This document shows positions 28,462-32,000 of a stretch of 32,000 bases of DNA, in pieces (the stretch's first letter is position 1; the number at the start of each line of letters is the position of its first letter). Origin of the DNA: Candidatus Arthromitus sp. SFB-rat-Yit. GTDB lineage: Bacteria; Bacillota; Clostridia; Clostridiales; Clostridiaceae. The notes beneath the pieces were generated by a model that saw nothing but the letters and a program-made list of their open reading frames with translations, did no database searches and was not told the DNA's origin. The position numbers were made by a program, and so were the translations under genes. The DNA is taken from positions 1,140,001 through 1,172,000 of the forward strand of contig NC_016012.1 of assembly GCF_000283555.1 (NCBI RefSeq). Direction: 5' to 3'.

Positions 28462-28893
28462 TTAATCTTGTATTATTTCATTGAGTGTGTGCCAAGCAAG
28501 TGTAGCACATTTAACCCTTGCTGGCATATTTTGCATATTTTGAAATACTATGCCATCTCCAAGTTCATTAATTTCATCTTCTGTTACTTCTCTCTTTATC
28601 ATTCTTATAAATATATCGATAATTCGTTTTGCTTCTTCAACCTTTTTCCCTTTAACCAAATCAATCATTATAGATGTAGATGCCATAGAAATCATACATC
28701 CTTCTCCGATAAATGCAATATCATCAATTATGCCATCACAAACCCTCATTGATATTGTTATCTCATCTCCACAACTATGATTTACTCCTCTTTTTTTAAA
28801 ATCATATGGTTCTACTTCTCTTTTATTTTCTGTATTTTTACCGTAATAAAGAATGGTATCCTTATACAATTCATCAAGATCCATAAAATTCAC
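28462..28893 (-). CDS. sufU: Fe-S scaffold/sulfur relay protein SufU
   Basis: CGDEITISMRV, FIGEGCMISMASTSIMIDLVKGK, MPARVKCATLAWHTL. Confidence 0.93.
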   Translation of the reverse strand: MNFMDLDELYKDTILYYGKNTENKREVEPYDFKKRGVNHSCGDEITISMRVCDGIIDDIAFIGEGCMISMASTSIMIDLVKGKKVEEAKRIIDIFIRMIKREVTEDEINELGDGIVFQNMQNMPARVKCATLAWHTLNEIIQD

Positions 28894-28894
28894 C

Positions 28895-30121
28895 TCAAAA
28901 TTTTAAAATTTTTCTTATTTCTGATACCTTATCAAAAAAATAGTCTATCTCTTCATTTGTATTATAAAAATACAAACTAGCTCTCGTCGTAGAATTTAAT
29001 CCCATTTTTCTCATGAAAGGTTGTGAACAATGATTACCTGATCTTACTGCTATCCCATATGAATCAAGTATAGTTGATACATCATGTGGATGTACTCCAA
29101 CTACATTAAATGAAAACACACAAACTCTTTTATCATAATCTTCAGGACCGTAAACCTCTATATCGCTACACTCCTTAGCTTTATCAAGAAAATATTTCTT
29201 GAGTGAGTTTTCATATCTAACAATTTCCTCAAATCCCACAGAGTCTATATATTTTATTGCAGCATTAAGCCCCGCAATCGATGAAACGTTTTGAGTTCCA
29301 CCTTCAAACGCTTCATGAAATTTTTTAAAGGAAACTTCATCCTCAAACACATAATCAATCATATCTCCCCCATATAAAAATGGATTCATATCATCAATTA
29401 CATCATCTGATGCATACAAAACACCTATACCTTGAGGAGATAAAACTTTATGTCCAGAAAAGACTAAAAAATCTACACCATCATAATCCACATTAAACTT
29501 TATATGAGTCATAGATTGAGAAGCATCAATTAAAACTTTAGCTCCAATTTCCTTACTCTTTTTTATTATAGTTTTATAATCATGTACCACTCCAAAAGTA
29601 TTAGTAACTGGAGTAAAAGATACAATTTTAGGTTTTTCATTAAGCTTTTCAAGAAAATCCTCGAATGTAATCTCCCCAAATTTGTCCACATAAAAATAAT
29701 TAAGCTTAATTCCCTTATTGTCACAAATAACTTTCCATGGTACTAAATTCGAGTGATGAGAATCTATTCCAATTAAAATCTCATCCCCTTTTTTTAAATT
29801 GTTCATAGCATAAGAATATACAACTATATTTAAAGCCTCTGTAGCACTTTTTGTAAAAATTATATTTTTCCTATGTTTTGCCCCTATAAAATCCTTAACT
29901 CTATTTCTTGTTTCATCCATTATTGAGGCCGCTCTAACTGCCGCAATATGAGATCCTCTATTTGCATTTCCAAATGAATTTATGTAAATATCCTTCATTG
30001 CATCAATAACACAGTTTGGTTTTAAACTCGTAGCTGCATTATCAAAATATATTATTGGGGATCCGTTATCTGATCTACATAATAGAGCCGGAAAATCTTC
30101 CCTAATTTTAGAAATATCCAA
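28895..30121 (-). CDS. sufS: Cysteine desulfurase SufS
   Basis: IYFDNAATSLKP, SHHSNLVPW, VLIDASQSMTHIKFNVDYDGVDFLVFSGHKVLSPQGIGVLY, AVRSGNHCSQP. Confidence 0.95.
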   Translation of the reverse strand: MDISKIREDFPALLCRSDNGSPIIYFDNAATSLKPNCVIDAMKDIYINSFGNANRGSHIAAVRAASIMDETRNRVKDFIGAKHRKNIIFTKSATEALNIVVYSYAMNNLKKGDEILIGIDSHHSNLVPWKVICDNKGIKLNYFYVDKFGEITFEDFLEKLNEKPKIVSFTPVTNTFGVVHDYKTIIKKSKEIGAKVLIDASQSMTHIKFNVDYDGVDFLVFSGHKVLSPQGIGVLYASDDVIDDMNPFLYGGDMIDYVFEDEVSFKKFHEAFEGGTQNVSSIAGLNAAIKYIDSVGFEEIVRYENSLKKYFLDKAKECSDIEVYGPEDYDKRVCVFSFNVVGVHPHDVSTILDSYGIAVRSGNHCSQPFMRKMGLNSTTRASLYFYNTNEEIDYFFDKVSEIRKILKF

Positions 30122-30122
30122 T

Positions 30123-31193
30123 CTAAATTGCCTCCATTAAAATATCCACAAATTTATCAATCATCTCTTTATTTCGTACGCCCTCTAGCATATTTAAAAA
30201 TTTACCTTTTAATATCAAGCCCTTAGCCTGTTTTTCTGTAAAACCACGACTGAGTAAATAAAATATTTTATCTTTATTAATTGAATTAGCCGTAAATCCA
30301 TGACCCCCTTTAACATTTTTCTCATCACATAAAAGTAGTGGGAGTGATTTATTAACTGCATTTTTACTCAATATAATAACTTCCTCACTCTCATTTCCAA
30401 TCGCATTCAAACATCCCTTTTTAAAATCAATCGCTCCCCTAAATATTTTCTTACTATTATCAAGCAAAATACCCTTACCATTTATTAAAGCATTGCTCTC
30501 TTTACCAATCATAGCAGAAGTCAAATTATAATCATACTTGTAATCTTTTGAACAAATATAACAAACATTTGTCTTACTTGAAGACTTATTACCATTTAAA
30601 TATAATTCACAATTTGTGTATACACTATTTTGGTTCACATTTATCAATAAAAAATCAACATGTGCATTGTCATCTATATCTCCCAAAACATTTATAAAAC
30701 CCTTAGAAAATGAATTGATAAAAAGTACAAGTTTTACTTTCGAGTTTCTTTTAGCATTTATATAATAAAAATGATTAAATTGATCTCCATTACCACAAAT
30801 CTCACTATTTATATATAAATCCTTACCTTCACCGCATTCTATATTAAAAGTTACAGTAGATACTCCATCATTTAAACATTCCTTCAGATTTAACTCAGAA
30901 TTTTCATCATTAACTTTAACATTAATGAATTTTCCTTTGATTAAATCATAAATAACTTCTTTAGCTATCCCACCATTTATCCTAGAACACAAATTTGAGA
31001 TATTATTTTTAATATTATCGTCAAAATCAATTAACAAACCCGAATTATTTATTACTACATTTGAATTATTAATGCTATTTGATATAAAATTTTCTTCACT
31101 AAAATTTCCTTTAAGATAACTATAAGTTCTTACAATTGTTTCATTAACCCTAACTTTTTGACTCATATTTCTATAACCCCTGCATTTCAACAT
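30123..31193 (-). CDS. sufD: SufD-like Fe-S assembly protein
   Basis: ALINGKGILLDNSKKIFRGAIDFKKGCLNAIGNESEEVIIL, FYLLSRGFTEKQAKGLILKGKF; probable start MSQKV at 31166. Confidence 0.85.
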   Translation of the reverse strand: MLKCRGYRNMSQKVRVNETIVRTYSYLKGNFSEENFISNSINNSNVVINNSGLLIDFDDNIKNNISNLCSRINGGIAKEVIYDLIKGKFINVKVNDENSELNLKECLNDGVSTVTFNIECGEGKDLYINSEICGNGDQFNHFYYINAKRNSKVKLVLFINSFSKGFINVLGDIDDNAHVDFLLINVNQNSVYTNCELYLNGNKSSSKTNVCYICSKDYKYDYNLTSAMIGKESNALINGKGILLDNSKKIFRGAIDFKKGCLNAIGNESEEVIILSKNAVNKSLPLLLCDEKNVKGGHGFTANSINKDKIFYLLSRGFTEKQAKGLILKGKFLNMLEGVRNKEMIDKFVDILMEAI

Positions 31194-32000
31194 TTATAAG
31201 ATTATTCATTTCAATCGCATACTCAAGCGGTAATTCTTTAGATATTTCCTCTGCAAAACCCCTGACAATAAGAGCCTTAGCATCTTTTTCACTTAAACCA
31301 CGAGTTTGAAGATAGAAAATCTTATCATCATTTATATTTCCAATTGTAGCCTCATGACCTACATCAACATTTTCACAATTTATTTCAATATAGGGTATAG
31401 TATCTGAGGAAGATTGCTCATCCAACACTAGTGAATCGCAAGTAATATTTGTCTTAGATCCCTCAGCATTTTTCTTAAACGTAACCATTCCTCTATAATT
31501 TCCTACACCACCCGATTTTGCAATAGATTTTGAGCATATGTTGGAAGAAGTATTAGGTGCAGCATGGACAACCTTAGCACCTGTATCCAAACATTGACCT
31601 TCTGATGCAAAAGAAATTCCTAAAAAATCACAAGTTGCATTTTCTCCTTTAAGTATACTCATAGGATATAGCATAGAAATTTTAGATCCAAACGATCCCG
31701 ATACCCACTCAATTTTACCATTTTTCTCAACCATCGAACGCTTTGTATTTAAATTAAACATATTTTTAGACCAATTTTCAATCGTTGAATATCTTAACGT
31801 TGCATTTTCCTTAACAAACAATTCAACACAACCAGCATGCATATTATAAACATTGTGTTTAGGAGCTGAACATCCTTCTATAAAACTCAAATAAGCTCCT
31901 TCATCGACCACAATCAAAGTATGTTCGAATTGACCTGCACCTTTTGCATTAAGTCTAAAATATGATTGAAGTGGAATCTCAACTTTAACACCTTTTGGTA
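31171..32000 (-). CDS. sufB: SufB, partial (5' end beyond right edge)
   Basis: ORF continues upstream of the listed Met through 32000: PKGVKVEIPLQSYFRLNAKGAGQFEHTMIVVDEGAYLSFIEGCSAPKHNVYNMHAGCVELF. Confidence 0.95.
   Translation of the reverse strand, partial: PKGVKVEIPLQSYFRLNAKGAGQFEHTLIVVDEGAYLSFIEGCSAPKHNVYNMHAGCVELFVKENATLRYSTIENWSKNMFNLNTKRSMVEKNGKIEWVSGSFGSKISMLYPMSILKGENATCDFLGISFASEGQCLDTGAKVVHAAPNTSSNICSKSIAKSGGVGNYRGMVTFKKNAEGSKTNITCDSLVLDEQSSSDTIPYIEINCENVDVGHEATIGNINDDKIFYLQTRGLSEKDAKALIVRGFAEEISKELPLEYAIEMNNLINVEMQGL

Noticed and set aside
28181-28980. Plus-strand ORFs 28181-28372, 28423-28752, 28550-28780, 28777-28980
   Set aside because: Overlap well-supported minus-strand CDSs (membrane protein, sufU, sufS) or the intergenic space, with no RBS or domain.
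1-32000. tRNA, rRNA or intact IS/transposase genes
   Set aside because: No recognisable tRNA, rRNA segments or transposase/integrase signatures found in any frame examined.

Overview
Low-GC Clostridia-like (Firmicute) chromosomal window. Most of it is ordinary housekeeping DNA. It encodes a cupin, an M28 lipoprotein peptidase, a flavin reductase-rubredoxin protein, RsgA, MATE, MarR, heme catalase, PerR, BioY, GNAT, DUF4180, Mn-catalase, RlmD and a divergent Fe-ADH-like protein. It also encodes a PpaX-like HAD, two MCP-like transducers, a split Na+-pumping decarboxylase (beta, biotin carrier, gamma-like, alpha) and SUF genes that run off the right edge. The accessory part is about 10.5-17.4 kb, a decayed mobile/defence island. 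By hand translation I recognise remnants of a prophage replication module (VapE C-terminus, VRR-NUC, SNF2-type helicase C-terminus), an S24-type repressor, an SMC/Rad50-like ATPase with one CxxC zinc-hook motif, an XRE regulator, an NgoBV-like restriction endonuclease, and the N-terminus of a C5 DNA methyltransferase. An apparently intact DUF3644-like protein with an R-x4-H HEPN motif (RNSIVH) sits inside the island at 14210-14935(-). Its stop codon lies in the closing stem of a compact, ~95-nt structured element on the opposite strand (14128-14224), which has its own TATAAT box just upstream and a T7 tract just downstream. This HEPN plus convergent structured RNA arrangement is the best candidate for an undescribed system. 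A DUF262/GmrS-like gene missed by the ORF track runs off the left edge. All family names come from motif recognition by eye; no database search was run.
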